The translations under genes were made by a program, and so were the position numbers. Positions 34,724 through 43,349 of a stretch of 44,947 bases of DNA are shown here, in pieces. Position 1 is the stretch's first letter. Every line of letters starts with the position of its first letter. The notes beneath the pieces are model-generated. The model was given only the letters and a program-made list of their open reading frames with translations. It was not told the DNA's origin and did not search any database. Origin of the DNA: a virus (taxonomy: Duplodnaviria; Caudoviricetes); IMG/VR virus record IMGVR_UViG_3300033407_000034, positions 1 through 44,947 of that record; one strand, 5' to 3'.

Positions 34724-35731
34724 TCACGACGCAGCCGCCGGAACCTTCTTGTCTACGAATCCCGAAAAGGCTATGAGGTTGCCCTTCTTCGGCCTCCGCT
34801 CACTCTCTCTCTCCTCAATCCACTCAACCCATTCCCTCCAAAAGCCTTGGACAGAAACGCCGGGGTATTTGTTGATAACGGTTCGCCATTCATCGGGCGT
34901 AAGGTTGTACGGACTTTCCGCCGCAGGACGCTTGTGACCGTTCGCGGACGGTGAGGTAGCTTCGGTTGATTCGGTAGGTAGAGTAGGAGGGAGGGAGGGT
35001 AGGTGCGATTCGCCGGGCGATTCGGGGCGATTCGGGGCGATCCATTCCGGCTTGGTTTGGGGATGGCTGATCCGGTAGTCCGTTTTGTCGCCGCCTTTAG
35101 ATGAATTGCAGCGTCGACAAAGGGGCTGAATGTTCTGGATGCTGTCGCTGCCCCCTGCATAGACGGGGATGATGTGATCTTTCGTCACGTCCTCAGCGCC
35201 GCAAACTAGACAGCCACCGTAGGCTTCTGTCATTTGTTGCCATTCGGCGTCGCTGTGTGTGCCGATTACCTTTGCAGCATTTAGGCGGCCGCGGCGCTTG
35301 ACGCCGTTCGTGCTGCCACCTTCTCCAGCGCAATAAGGGCAGCCGGGCTGAGACTTTCCTCGCCTGACATGCCAGCGCTCATGGTTCCCAAGTTCGCCAT
35401 CGGACCGTGATCGGTCTTTCCCGGCGTTGTAGCGCCAGGTGTAGTCACCCCAATCGTGGAGCTGATAGCCGCGCTTCTCAAGGAAGCCTGCCGTTCGCAG
35501 CCCTTTGACGAATGCCTTCGCGTCTTCGATAGGCCAACCAGCACCGTCGGCTACGGCAATGTCGGACGTACCCGCCGGCAGCTTGCCGTCATCGTCGGCA
35601 ACGTCCAGCGACCAGCACCAGAGGGCAACGAGATGCCCGACGACCTTATAGCGGTCCGTCTGAAGATGGCCGATCAGGAGCGCTGTCTTAGGGTGCTTTA
35701 GTAGCGATTGGTGGGTTTCAATCCAGGCCAT
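34724..35731 (-). CDS. Replication initiator-like protein with an inserted HNH domain
   Basis: MAWIETHQSLLKHPK...GHLVALWCW...LHDWGDY N-terminus; CLVC..DHIIP..GGSD..NIQPLCRRCNSSK HNH. Confidence 0.8.
   Translation of the reverse strand: MAWIETHQSLLKHPKTALLIGHLQTDRYKVVGHLVALWCWSLDVADDDGKLPAGTSDIAVADGAGWPIEDAKAFVKGLRTAGFLEKRGYQLHDWGDYTWRYNAGKDRSRSDGELGNHERWHVRRGKSQPGCPYCAGEGGSTNGVKRRGRLNAAKVIGTHSDAEWQQMTEAYGGCLVCGAEDVTKDHIIPVYAGGSDSIQNIQPLCRRCNSSKGGDKTDYRISHPQTKPEWIAPNRPESPGESHLPSLPPTLPTESTEATSPSANGHKRPAAESPYNLTPDEWRTVINKYPGVSVQGFWREWVEWIEERESERRPKKGNLIAFSGFVDKKVPAAAS
34965..35045. repeat. Iteron-like repeats, candidate origin
   Basis: GCGATTCG three times plus GCGATCC at 10-12 bp spacing, next to a purine tract, inside the initiator gene. 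Confidence 0.45.
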
Positions 35732-35919
35732 TTACATTCCTCCGTGCGGGCGCAGAGGCGTGCAAATGGTGCGCCCCTGCCGGGTAGATGATCGAGGGTG
35801 ACGAAGCCACGCGATCGCCCGGACAGGGACGCTGAAGGATAACGCAGATTGAAGGTTATGATCATCATCACGTAGCTTCGTCTCTACGATTATCCCATAA
35901 CGCTCTTTAGATGTATAGG

Positions 35920-36840
35920 TCATCGTTTCACCACATAGACTGGGGCGCCTGGCAGCACCAGCGGTTTGTCCTCTGGCCCCTTGATGTAACTCGGTATCCA
36001 GCGGGGGCGGTGCGTCATAGTGCTCGGATACCATTGATTCCGCTGATGGCCGCGCACGATCCACCTTCTGGACCACTCGCCCGCGGCGCCATCATCTCCG
36101 CTATGGCTCTGCGCTCTTCTTAGACGGATCACGTGTACGTGCTCTCGTATCGGTAACAGGTGCTCTCGCCGCCGCGCAGCCCGCGACACTCTCTCTCTAC
36201 TCGTTACGGAAATAGGACTTTGAAGCCACTCGAAAAGGGCATAAGAAGGCCCCATGTGGTCTGCCACGGGCTCATTTTTAACTCCAACAAGAGCACGTGC
36301 GGGCAGGATAATTTCGCCGCCATAATCAAGGATGGAAATTTGCTCAATGCGATCACCGCGACTATCGATAATAGAAGCGATTTCCTCTACTGACTGAGGA
36401 GGAAGACCTCCGATGCCTAAATACTGCCCTAAAAGAGCCCCAACCTCTAAGTTGACCGCATAACACCAGTACATGATCGGCTCCGTAAACAGATCACTGT
36501 GCCAGCGTTCGTCTCCTGTCATTCGATAATCGATCGTCATTGCCCGCGCAGCTTGTCGGGCATCTTCGACCCACAAAAAGGGCACGGCATCTCGTAGGAG
36601 TGCCGCTGTATGCCTGATTTCAACTATCATGTTGCGCATAGCTGCATCATCCAATGCAGGAAGTCCGTGAGCCGCAACGTGATGGTTAACCCATTGTTTA
36701 ACCATGCTGGGGTAATTGGACGCACCAAAGACATAGGCGTAGCGATTCATCTCCTCAAGCGCTTCATCCGGTCTGGTTAAGGCTGGTCGGTATCGCCGTT
36801 TGTTTTCCCACTCCGGGTTGTTATCCCATTGGTGAATCAC
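35920..36840 (-). CDS. Conserved phage hypothetical protein
   Basis: C-terminal WIVRGHQRNQWYPS...WIPSYIKGP motif; lower GC. Confidence 0.75.
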   Translation of the reverse strand: MIHQWDNNPEWENKRRYRPALTRPDEALEEMNRYAYVFGASNYPSMVKQWVNHHVAAHGLPALDDAAMRNMIVEIRHTAALLRDAVPFLWVEDARQAARAMTIDYRMTGDERWHSDLFTEPIMYWCYAVNLEVGALLGQYLGIGGLPPQSVEEIASIIDSRGDRIEQISILDYGGEIILPARALVGVKNEPVADHMGPSYALFEWLQSPISVTSRERVSRAARRREHLLPIREHVHVIRLRRAQSHSGDDGAAGEWSRRWIVRGHQRNQWYPSTMTHRPRWIPSYIKGPEDKPLVLPGAPVYVVKR

Positions 36841-36995
36841 GCTCGGCCGCCCTTCTTCCGCCGCCGCGTGAGGCTCATACGGTTGCTCTGCTTCGCCTTG
36901 GTAAGTGACTCCTTGTTCCAGCCACAGGTCGCGCAGACGTAGCGATCGATACCGACGCGCACCAGTGCTTCAGACTCACAAACAGGGCACTTCAC
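36837..36995 (-). CDS. Zinc-ribbon microprotein
   Basis: Manual translation MKCPVCESEALVRVGIDRYVCATCGW...; GTGA-coupled. Confidence 0.65.
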   Translation of the reverse strand: MKCPVCESEALVRVGIDRYVCATCGWNKESLTKAKQSNRMSLTRRRKKGGRA

Positions 36996-37222
36996 GACGC
37001 CGGCCTCACTTCGAGCGTCAGGTGCAACGCCTCCAGTAGCAGCAAGATCGTCCCCGTCATGGCCTGCGAACCGCTCTCTATCCGGCTGATCGTCACCTGG
37101 TGAACGCCGGTCAGCTCCGAAAGCTGGCGCTGGCTCAACTGCTGCCGCGTCCTCTCGGCGGCGATACGGTCGCCGATCCGTCTTAACGATTTCGTTGCGT
37201 AGTCCTGTACGGCGGGGGCCAC
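36992..37222 (-). CDS. XRE-family HTH regulator
   Basis: IAAERTRQQLSQRQLSELTGVHQVTISRIESG; AAAGGAG RBS. Confidence 0.85.
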   Translation of the reverse strand: MAPAVQDYATKSLRRIGDRIAAERTRQQLSQRQLSELTGVHQVTISRIESGSQAMTGTILLLLEALHLTLEVRPAS

Positions 37223-37241
37223 AGGCTCACTCCTTTCCCCT

Positions 37242-37436
37242 CTAAGCTGTCTCTTGCTTCTTGAACCGTTTCTGGTCGTTCGCCTCGCGTACCTGGAGAT
37301 AGATGTGGTAAAAGCGCGGTGCCCATTCCCTCTCAACGCGATCGGCACAGCAATCAAGGCAGAGCCTCACACCGTCCCACTCAACGTGGGTGCGCTGTAG
37401 CCCGAGCCATAAATCCTGGCACGCTCGATCACTCAT
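37242..37436 (-). CDS. Hypothetical Cys protein
   Basis: ATGA-coupled; CLDCC. Confidence 0.55.
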   Translation of the reverse strand: MSDRACQDLWLGLQRTHVEWDGVRLCLDCCADRVEREWAPRFYHIYLQVREANDQKRFKKQETA

Positions 37437-37702
37437 CTCATCACCTCTCGCTCTTCCCACCACACCCAGACGCCATCCAGCCGATGATCCTGCTGGGTCC
37501 GGGCACGATGACCCGGACGGCGCCGGCTTCGGTCGTTGGCATGTAGCGCTCGCGTTTGGGTCATGGACATCGAGTCGCCCGGTAAGCGCGGGAGAAACAG
37601 GGTCTTCCCCACGGGGAGATCACGCATCGCCACCCAGAAAGGGATTGCTTCCTTCGGCGGCTTGTCCCCCAAATCGTGCACGGAATACGGTTGATCGCTC
37701 AT
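37433..37702 (-). CDS. Hypothetical (possible DNA-binding) protein
   Basis: PFWVAMRDLPVGKTLFL...DGVWVW. Confidence 0.6.
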   Translation of the reverse strand: MSDQPYSVHDLGDKPPKEAIPFWVAMRDLPVGKTLFLPRLPGDSMSMTQTRALHANDRSRRRPGHRARTQQDHRLDGVWVWWEEREVMR

Positions 37703-37902
37703 GAGAACAGCCTCTCGAACTCGCCGTCAGCCCAGCCCAACTCCTCTGCCTCGTCAGAATCCTCCGGCCAAAACATGCGGTCACAGCAACCGCCGAGATG
37801 CGAATGGCTCAGGCAACGGAAGGCACCATCGCAGATGTATTCAGACTCCCGCCCACAGGGCAGGCCGTGGACGATCTCGCTGCAGGGAAGGGCCACGTTC
37901 AT
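37699..37902 (-). CDS. Small Cys/His-rich protein
   Basis: C..C..YIC..CLSHSHLGGCC. Confidence 0.6.
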   Translation of the reverse strand: MNVALPCSEIVHGLPCGRESEYICDGAFRCLSHSHLGGCCDRMFWPEDSDEAEELGWADGEFERLFS

Positions 37903-37959
37903 CTCCTCACCTCATTGGTGCGCTGGAGGCTCATCCCTCTCCCCCTGACCCATAGGGCG

Positions 37960-38145
37960 TCATAGCAACACCTGCTGTCCTGTCTGCACGGGCTTTGCAG
38001 GCAGCAGGTGATCGTGGTCAAAGCAGGCGTACATCGTCGGGCCTTCCAGCCAAGACTTGACCCACTGCACCTTGTTCTCGCAGCCACGGACGAAGCAGCG
38101 GTGACGTATCGTCGCTACGTTGCGCTTGTCTGCGATCTGGCTCAT
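37960..38145 (-). CDS. Small zinc-binding protein
   Basis: MSQIADKRN...CFVRGC...CFDH. Confidence 0.55.
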   Translation of the reverse strand: MSQIADKRNVATIRHRCFVRGCENKVQWVKSWLEGPTMYACFDHDHLLPAKPVQTGQQVLL

Positions 38146-38588
38146 TCGATCAGCCCATCTACGTCGACCACGATCCCGGTCTTTCCCCTCAGCCAGGCGT
38201 CCAGCGCCTTCAGGTCGTCGGGCAGCCAAAAGGTCATCACCTCGTGCCCCGCCTGCCGGAGCAACGTATGGAAGCTCCGCTGGTGCGTTGCGAGCTTGCC
38301 CATGTAGCCGCTCACCTTGTCGTGAGCCTTGATCTCGATGTAGGCAGACCAGCCCTTGCCGATCACCAGGTAGTCCGGGTGCCCCCTCTTGAGAGTCCCC
38401 GTATCGCGTTGTGGCTGCGACAGGTGCAGGAAGTCCAGCTTGTGTAACTGGAACAGCCCCATGCGGCGGCTGGTGCCCTCCAGGGTCTTCGCCTGTGTTG
38501 CCTCGTGCTGCTGAGCCTGCTTGCGCTTCTGGCCCATCGGCGACCGTCTCAGAGACGAGTTGAACGACACCGCCGTAGACCTCATCAC
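38142..38588 (-). CDS. VRR-NUC domain nuclease (resolvase-like)
   Basis: GHPDYL...YIEIK...GKLATHQRSF. Confidence 0.85.
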   Translation of the reverse strand: MMRSTAVSFNSSLRRSPMGQKRKQAQQHEATQAKTLEGTSRRMGLFQLHKLDFLHLSQPQRDTGTLKRGHPDYLVIGKGWSAYIEIKAHDKVSGYMGKLATHQRSFHTLLRQAGHEVMTFWLPDDLKALDAWLRGKTGIVVDVDGLIE

Positions 38589-38740
38589 GCGGCCCCTATA
38601 GGCTTCTGCCGCTTCTTGACCTCAAGGTCTTCCGGGAACGTCGAGGGATAGACCCGCTGCTCCCCGCACCGTTTGCAGGTTCCTCTTACGGTGGGACCGT
38701 CTGGGGTCTCGATAAGCCAGTGATGGGACGAGCAGGTCAC
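38585..38740 (-). CDS. Small zinc-ribbon protein
   Basis: Manual translation MTCSSHHWLIETPDGPTVRGTCKRCGEQRVY; GTGA-coupled. Confidence 0.7.
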   Translation of the reverse strand: MTCSSHHWLIETPDGPTVRGTCKRCGEQRVYPSTFPEDLEVKKRQKPIGAA

Positions 38741-39039
38741 GACGGCTCACCCAGGAGACGGGCTTCGGCGTCATAGAACACGTCTAGGGCGGCGGCGTAA
38801 GTCGTCGCGGCAGACCACTCAACTGCATCATTTGGAGACCAGCAGGCCGCCCCACAGCAGGGCTGTGTATGTAGCGGAGGGCAGTCGTAGACCTCAATCC
38901 CGAATGGAATAAAAAGGCCGCAATGGTTCTTTGTGAGAATGATCCTGCGGGCGCCGACATGTACGCACCGGTCAACGTAGATCGGGCAGTCACACTCTCG
39001 GGCGAATCGTTCTGTCTCCGTGCTGGCGGGGTTCAGCAT
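38737..39039 (-). CDS. Hypothetical Cys-rich protein
   Basis: AGAAAGGA RBS before MLNPAS. Confidence 0.6.
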   Translation of the reverse strand: MLNPASTETERFARECDCPIYVDRCVHVGARRIILTKNHCGLFIPFGIEVYDCPPLHTQPCCGAACWSPNDAVEWSAATTYAAALDVFYDAEARLLGEPS

Positions 39040-39056
39040 CGAGGATCCTTTCTGTA

Positions 39057-39207
39057 GGGCCGGAGCGTCTATGCGGTTCGCTCCGGCCCAAGGAGGTAGT
39101 GCGGTGAACCTCACCACTGCCCGCTCGCGATACGTCGGCCTGAAACGATCGCGAGCTAGCAGCGACGGCGCGGGCGGATATGAAACACCCGCGTCAGTCG
39201 ATGTCGC
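39057..39207. other. Cluster of four adjacent stem-loops (candidate structured RNA or DNA element)
   Basis: Stems GGGCCGGAGCG/CGCTCCGGCCC, GGTAGT-GGTGA/TCACC-ACTGCC, GCTCGCGAT/ATCGCGAGC, CGCGGG/CCCGCG. Confidence 0.55.
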
Positions 39208-39723
39208 CTATTGCCACACGGGCGTGTGCTTCTTTCCCTGCGGCGCGTTCTTGGTCTTCAGGCAGAAGTACGCCGCCCAGGGGCCACGCGCACCGGTGCC
39301 GGTCTTGTATTCCGTTGGCCCACCACAGTTAGGGCAGAGAGGATTGCTGTCGCCTTCGTCGTCCTCAAAGGGCAGGTCGTCGGGCTCTTGCTGCTGCGAG
39401 CGTCCGCGCGTCGTCTGGCGGGGTGCCGCCGCAACGGCAGCAGGCTTAGCCATCGGCTGGCCGAATCCGTTGTCAGGAATGAAACTGTTCCCGTCCAGGT
39501 AGAGGAAGAGCGCCGACACCTGATCCCAGAGCGCATTGACCTCTTCAGCCTCAAGCGTCCAGTGGCACTTCATGCCGTCCGGCCTTGCCGTGAAAATCTT
39601 TACCTCCATGTTTGGTTTCCTTTCTTCTGCTGCTATAAGGCTTCGCAGAACTTTGGCGTCTCTGACGCCCCATTCCTTAGCCAGCGCATCAGAGCGCTGT
39701 AACTGGTCAACGGTGCGGGTCAT
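39208..39723 (-). CDS. Recombination-associated protein with a DDLPF motif and C-terminal Zn ribbon
   Basis: EPDDLPF, CPNCGG...WAAYFC; follows the exonuclease; start uncertain (39723 or 39609). Confidence 0.6.
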   Translation of the reverse strand: MTRTVDQLQRSDALAKEWGVRDAKVLRSLIAAEERKPNMEVKIFTARPDGMKCHWTLEAEEVNALWDQVSALFLYLDGNSFIPDNGFGQPMAKPAAVAAAPRQTTRGRSQQQEPDDLPFEDDEGDSNPLCPNCGGPTEYKTGTGARGPWAAYFCLKTKNAPQGKKHTPVWQ

Positions 39724-40447
39724 TTCGGAACTGCTCGCACCATTGAGAAACCCGGCAGTACCGCTCACACCGCGAGAACACGCCTTTGTTCAGCCAGCGG
39801 TCTGAATCCGTGCAGCCGTCGTAGCGGTCCTCTTCCGCCGCCTGGTGCAGGGCAACACGGTGCGACAGGTACGCCATCGCCTCTTCCTCCGGCCAGATAC
39901 GCATCGGTATCTCGACCATCGGCACCTTCGGGTAGTCGGGTCTCTTGTGGCTGTCGGCATCACGCCAGTCGCGGAGGATCGTCCAGATAGACGACCGTTC
40001 GACCGGGTAGCCGTTGTGCTCAAGCAAGAGGCGGTAGAGGTTCACCTGGGCTTCCCACTCGGGCCTGCCCTTCGGTTCGTAGACCACACTCCAGACGGAA
40101 GTGACCTTGTAGTCGTCTACGGAGCGATTCTCGGCGTTGTACACGTCGGCCTTGCCGGAGATAAGCCATCCGGCCACGGGCATCGTCAGGCGCTTCTCCT
40201 GAATCAGGCTCTCTTCGTCTCGCCCGCCCCAGTACAAGACCTGGTGCATGGCAGAGCCGAGCAATGCCCAAAGGCGGTCGGTAACGTCCTCGCTGATCTC
40301 GCTTTCATGCAGGGCTTCGAGGCGGGCGATCTGGGGCGGCTTGATAAGGCCGGTCACGCTGGCGTCGCCTACCTTGTCGTAAGTCTCGAAGGTGGCGGCT
40401 CGCACCATCGCGGGCGGCAGTCCGTGAAGATTGGTTAATGCCGTCAT
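39707..40447 (-). CDS. PD-(D/E)xK exonuclease (Cas4/RecB-like)
   Basis: GSAMH, ISGKADVY, DDYKVT, QVNLY, C-terminal CERYCRVSQWC. Confidence 0.85.
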   Translation of the reverse strand: MTALTNLHGLPPAMVRAATFETYDKVGDASVTGLIKPPQIARLEALHESEISEDVTDRLWALLGSAMHQVLYWGGRDEESLIQEKRLTMPVAGWLISGKADVYNAENRSVDDYKVTSVWSVVYEPKGRPEWEAQVNLYRLLLEHNGYPVERSSIWTILRDWRDADSHKRPDYPKVPMVEIPMRIWPEEEAMAYLSHRVALHQAAEEDRYDGCTDSDRWLNKGVFSRCERYCRVSQWCEQFRNDPHR

Positions 40448-40596
40448 CGCTTCCGCCTCCAGCCGGAAAGCAGGTCCTCGATCTCATAGCTCTCGTCGTC
40501 CTCCAGCCTCCAGGTGTCGTCATGGGGCCAGAAGACAAAGAGCCCTAGAGCCAGCAGCAGGACAGCACCAAGAGCAACCGGCAGCGTCAGGTCCAT
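40444..40596 (-). CDS. Small single-TM protein
   Basis: MDLTLPVALGAVLLLALGLFVFW. Confidence 0.6.
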   Translation of the reverse strand: MDLTLPVALGAVLLLALGLFVFWPHDDTWRLEDDESYEIEDLLSGWRRKR

Positions 40597-40958
40597 CACT
40601 TCACCAACTTCGCGAACGGATCGCTGCCGTCGTCTACAGGCTCTGGCGGTTCGTAGGCGGCATTGCGTATTGACCTGGGCCAGCAGCCAGAGCACACACC
40701 CGTAGGCCGGGGCCGTGTCGTCTTGCCGTGAGCCAGCCGCACGATCGCCGAAGATGCCCACTCCTGTTCAGAGCGAGGAAGTAGCTCCCGGCACTCCATA
40801 CAGCGGAACCGTGCCAGGCACTCGGCGTCAGGCATGTGGTGAAACCCGCACTCGTCATGCAGCGGGGTGATCCAGACGCCGTTACGGGTTTCCGTAAAGC
40901 CCTCAGCGAGGCGGGCACACAAACCGCAGTTGTCGTGACCATTGATAGTGGTTACCAT
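40596..40958 (-). CDS. Multi-CxxC zinc-binding protein
   Basis: GGAGG RBS; CGLC, HDECGFHH, CMEC, CSGC. Confidence 0.7.
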   Translation of the reverse strand: MVTTINGHDNCGLCARLAEGFTETRNGVWITPLHDECGFHHMPDAECLARFRCMECRELLPRSEQEWASSAIVRLAHGKTTRPRPTGVCSGCWPRSIRNAAYEPPEPVDDGSDPFAKLVK

Positions 40959-40968
40959 TGAGTCCTCC

Positions 40969-41364
40969 TTAGAGCGCCGGTGTCGTTTTGGACGGCAACA
41001 CCGGCGCTCTGGTTTTATTCAGACGCACCAGGCCCCTCGGCCTGATCGCGTGACGGGGCGGGGGGGTAATCGATGCGCCGTTGCCAGCGCCGTAGACGGC
41101 TGTTATGCGATAGAGCGACTTCGACCGGCTCACGATCACGTAGTCGATAAATCCGCCCTGCCGCAGGTCGCGCAGGATCCGGTCAGGCGACGCGGGCGCA
41201 ACCATCGCCCGTTCCTCGACGTATTCCTTTAGCTCCGAACCGTGAAACTCACCGCCCAGGTGCTCGCAGCAGAAGGCGTAGACCGCTGGGCCAATACGTC
41301 CGCGCACGCGCTGGATGTTCTCTGCCTGCGCGTCGAACAAGCCTGGTTGCGTGGGAACGGTCAT
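40969..41364 (-). CDS. Winged-helix DNA-binding protein
   Basis: EFHGSELKEYV...SPDRILRDLRQGGFIDYVIVSRSKSLY. Confidence 0.7.
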   Translation of the reverse strand: MTVPTQPGLFDAQAENIQRVRGRIGPAVYAFCCEHLGGEFHGSELKEYVEERAMVAPASPDRILRDLRQGGFIDYVIVSRSKSLYRITAVYGAGNGASITPPPRHAIRPRGLVRLNKTRAPVLPSKTTPAL

Positions 41365-41594
41365 GCCAGCACCGCACCCGTAGACGCACGGAGGCACTTC
41401 CCGCAACGGAACTCACGAACGACTGCCTTCTGTCGCCGCTTCTTTGTTTCACCATCTGTCAGGCGGCTGTACTCAGAGCAAAACGAGCACGAGTCGCACT
41501 TGTGGTTAGTTGCCTCGACGTAGCCGAGCTTGTGCCACTGGCCGTCAGACGGGATGTCCCCGCCACAGAGATACACGGCGTATCGCGTGCTCAT
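41361..41594 (-). CDS. Zinc-binding protein
   Basis: CDSCSFC...CGKC; ATGA-coupled. Confidence 0.55.
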   Translation of the reverse strand: MSTRYAVYLCGGDIPSDGQWHKLGYVEATNHKCDSCSFCSEYSRLTDGETKKRRQKAVVREFRCGKCLRASTGAVLA

Positions 41595-41764
41595 GACGCC
41601 TCCCGCTTGATCGCGCTCTCGCGCAGTACGGGCACGCTCTTCGGCGCAACGATAAGCAGCTTGATGCGGGTCTCGTTGTCGATGGTCGCGCGGATCACCG
41701 CGTCACCGATCTGCAACGCTTCGTCCTGGCGCAGGATCAACACGAGATGCCCATTCGAGGTCAC
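41591..41764 (-). CDS. csrA: CsrA/RsmA-like translational regulator
   Basis: Manual translation MTSNGHLVLILRQDEALQIGDAVIRATIDNETRIKLLIVAPKSVPVLRESAIKREAS matches the CsrA pattern LVL.R..GE...IGD.I.......V..I.AP..V.V.R.E; coupled at both ends. Confidence 0.8.
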   Translation of the reverse strand: MTSNGHLVLILRQDEALQIGDAVIRATIDNETRIKLLIVAPKSVPVLRESAIKREAS

Positions 41765-42003
41765 GACAATGCCTCGGGGAACCAGCGCACGTTTTCAGTG
41801 CTGGCGATCGATAGTTCGCCGCGCAGCGTGTATTGACGGCCAACAAAGCCCCTGACATAGAGCGTGTCGAGGAAGTGCCTCACGGTTCTGTTGGGGAAGC
41901 TCAACGCCCTTGCCACTTCCCCTGCCGAGCAGCCGGGGTGCGCCCGGACGTAGTGAAGTACCCGCTGCTGACGAGTGGGGGTGCGGACAGGCGCCGTAGT
42001 CAC
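41761..42003 (-). CDS. Winged-helix regulator
   Basis: QQRVLHYVRAHPGCSAGEVARALSFPNRTVRHFLDTLYVRGFV. Confidence 0.75.
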   Translation of the reverse strand: MTTAPVRTPTRQQRVLHYVRAHPGCSAGEVARALSFPNRTVRHFLDTLYVRGFVGRQYTLRGELSIASTENVRWFPEALS

Positions 42004-42121
42004 GACGCCCTCCCCTGACACGGGCACCACCCGGCAACCAGCAGGCGCAGACAGACGAGACAACGCCCGTCAAGGACGCTGTGCCGGATGCGCCGCACCT
42101 GTAGTGGGGTAGGGGTAGAGG

Positions 42122-42319
42122 CTAGTCGAGCAGGGGAGAGCTTTCGATAACGCTTACCCGCATCGCGATCTTCTCGCCGCAACAGGGACAGGTGAGCGCC
42201 ACGCGCGGGTTCTCTATGTTGAACTCGGCCTTCTTCCATACCGCCTTGAAGAAGGCGCTCTTGGGTTGCCAGCCAGGGGGCGGAAGAACATCGCGATCCT
42301 CTCGGATAGGCTTCGCCAT
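42122..42319 (-). CDS. Small CPCC protein
   Basis: TAAGGA RBS before MAKPIRED. Confidence 0.55.
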   Translation of the reverse strand: MAKPIREDRDVLPPPGWQPKSAFFKAVWKKAEFNIENPRVALTCPCCGEKIAMRVSVIESSPLLD

Positions 42320-42520
42320 CTGTGAGAGTTTCCTTACTGGTAGGGCGGGCGAGTCCGGCGTTGCGGCCATTAGAATCGGCAACGATTCCATCTGTAACAA
42401 GGGGCTGGCACCGGAAGAAGAAAGTTTGTGAGGACAAGAGACTCTTCCTGTCTCTTCCCTCCCCAACTTCGCACTATATATGGACTGGCGTCCTGCGCGA
42501 ATCTGCGGAGGGAAGGCTAC

Positions 42521-42673
42521 TTAACCGTTATTGACCTTATGTTCACTGTTAACGGGCGGCTTGAGTGGGTCGCGCAGGCCGCAGTTAGGGCAGCGCTTTG
42601 GCCGCTCTGTCCGCAAGACCCAGGGCGTATGGCACTTTGGGCAGACCGCCTTAGTGAGAGTTGCCTGATTCAT
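42521..42673 (-). CDS. First early gene: 50-aa zinc-ribbon protein (leaderless)
   Basis: MNQATLTKAVCPKCHTPWVLRTERPKRCPNCGLRD... Confidence 0.7.
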   Translation of the reverse strand: MNQATLTKAVCPKCHTPWVLRTERPKRCPNCGLRDPLKPPVNSEHKVNNG

Positions 42674-42679
42674 GGGAGT

Positions 42680-42708
42680 ACGGTAACATACCGAACATGC
42701 ACCTGCAA
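42680..42708 (-). promoter_or_regulatory. Early leftward promoter (leaderless)
   Basis: TTGCAG-17 bp-TACCGT with a TG extension, ATG 6 nt downstream. Confidence 0.6.
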
Positions 42709-42747
42709 GACCCCAGGCAGGGAAAATTCCAGAAGGACAAAACTGTA

Positions 42748-43200
42748 ATGCGGCTGTGGGTTATCCCCTTTTTACTAGCAGCATCCATCTTGGTCGGCTG
42801 CGAAACTGACAAGGATCGCATTCGTGGCTCAAATGAGGCTGCGGCGGCGAATCCTCAACCGGCTCAGCCATCGTTTGATCCAGACAGCCTCTCCAGCGAG
42901 ATCAGCCCGTTCGATTTGCGCGAAGGTGATTGCTTCAGAACGCCCAGCCGCTCTTTCATCGGCACAGACGGCGAACTATTACTAAAGGTCACGCTTGTTG
43001 CTTGTTCGGCTGAGTGGGATTATCGCGTTCTCAGCTCTTTCCTAGTGCCTGAGACGAGCTATTACCCAGGGCTGGATTATCTAGAGAGTTTGGCGAATAC
43101 CCAATGCCATCGCTTAATGGAAGTATTCTTCCATCCGACTGAAGAAACCTGGCAAGCTGGCGATAGAACGATTTCATGCCTGCTGGAGGCGGTTCGCTGA
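42748..43200 (+). CDS. Lipoprotein with a septum-formation-like Cys domain
   Basis: MRLWVIPFLLAASILVGC lipobox; DLREGDCF...VAC...YPG...C...PTEETWQAGDRTISC. Confidence 0.8.
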   Translation: MRLWVIPFLLAASILVGCETDKDRIRGSNEAAAANPQPAQPSFDPDSLSSEISPFDLREGDCFRTPSRSFIGTDGELLLKVTLVACSAEWDYRVLSSFLVPETSYYPGLDYLESLANTQCHRLMEVFFHPTEETWQAGDRTISCLLEAVR

Positions 43201-43244
43201 TGATCGAGCTAACCGGCCCCGGCGAACCACACATCTAGCAACCC

Positions 43245-43349
43245 GTGACCACTGAGCAGGCGATCATCTTCGGCGCCGTCGTGATCCTGATCGCCATCCT
43301 CGGTGGTGGCGGTACAGGCAGAGCAAGACGTAGAAGGAGGAGATGGTAG
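43245..43349 (+). CDS. 34-aa single-TM peptide with a poly-Arg tail
   Basis: MTTEQAIIFGAVVILIAILGGGGTGRARRRRRRW. Confidence 0.55.
   Translation: MTTEQAIIFGAVVILIAILGGGGTGRARRRRRRW

Noticed and set aside
39057-39207. tRNA gene
   Set aside because: The hairpins are serial, with no acceptor stem or T-loop in a cloverleaf arrangement.
39707-40447. CRISPR-associated cas4
   Set aside because: No array or other cas genes; the context fits a phage recombination exonuclease.
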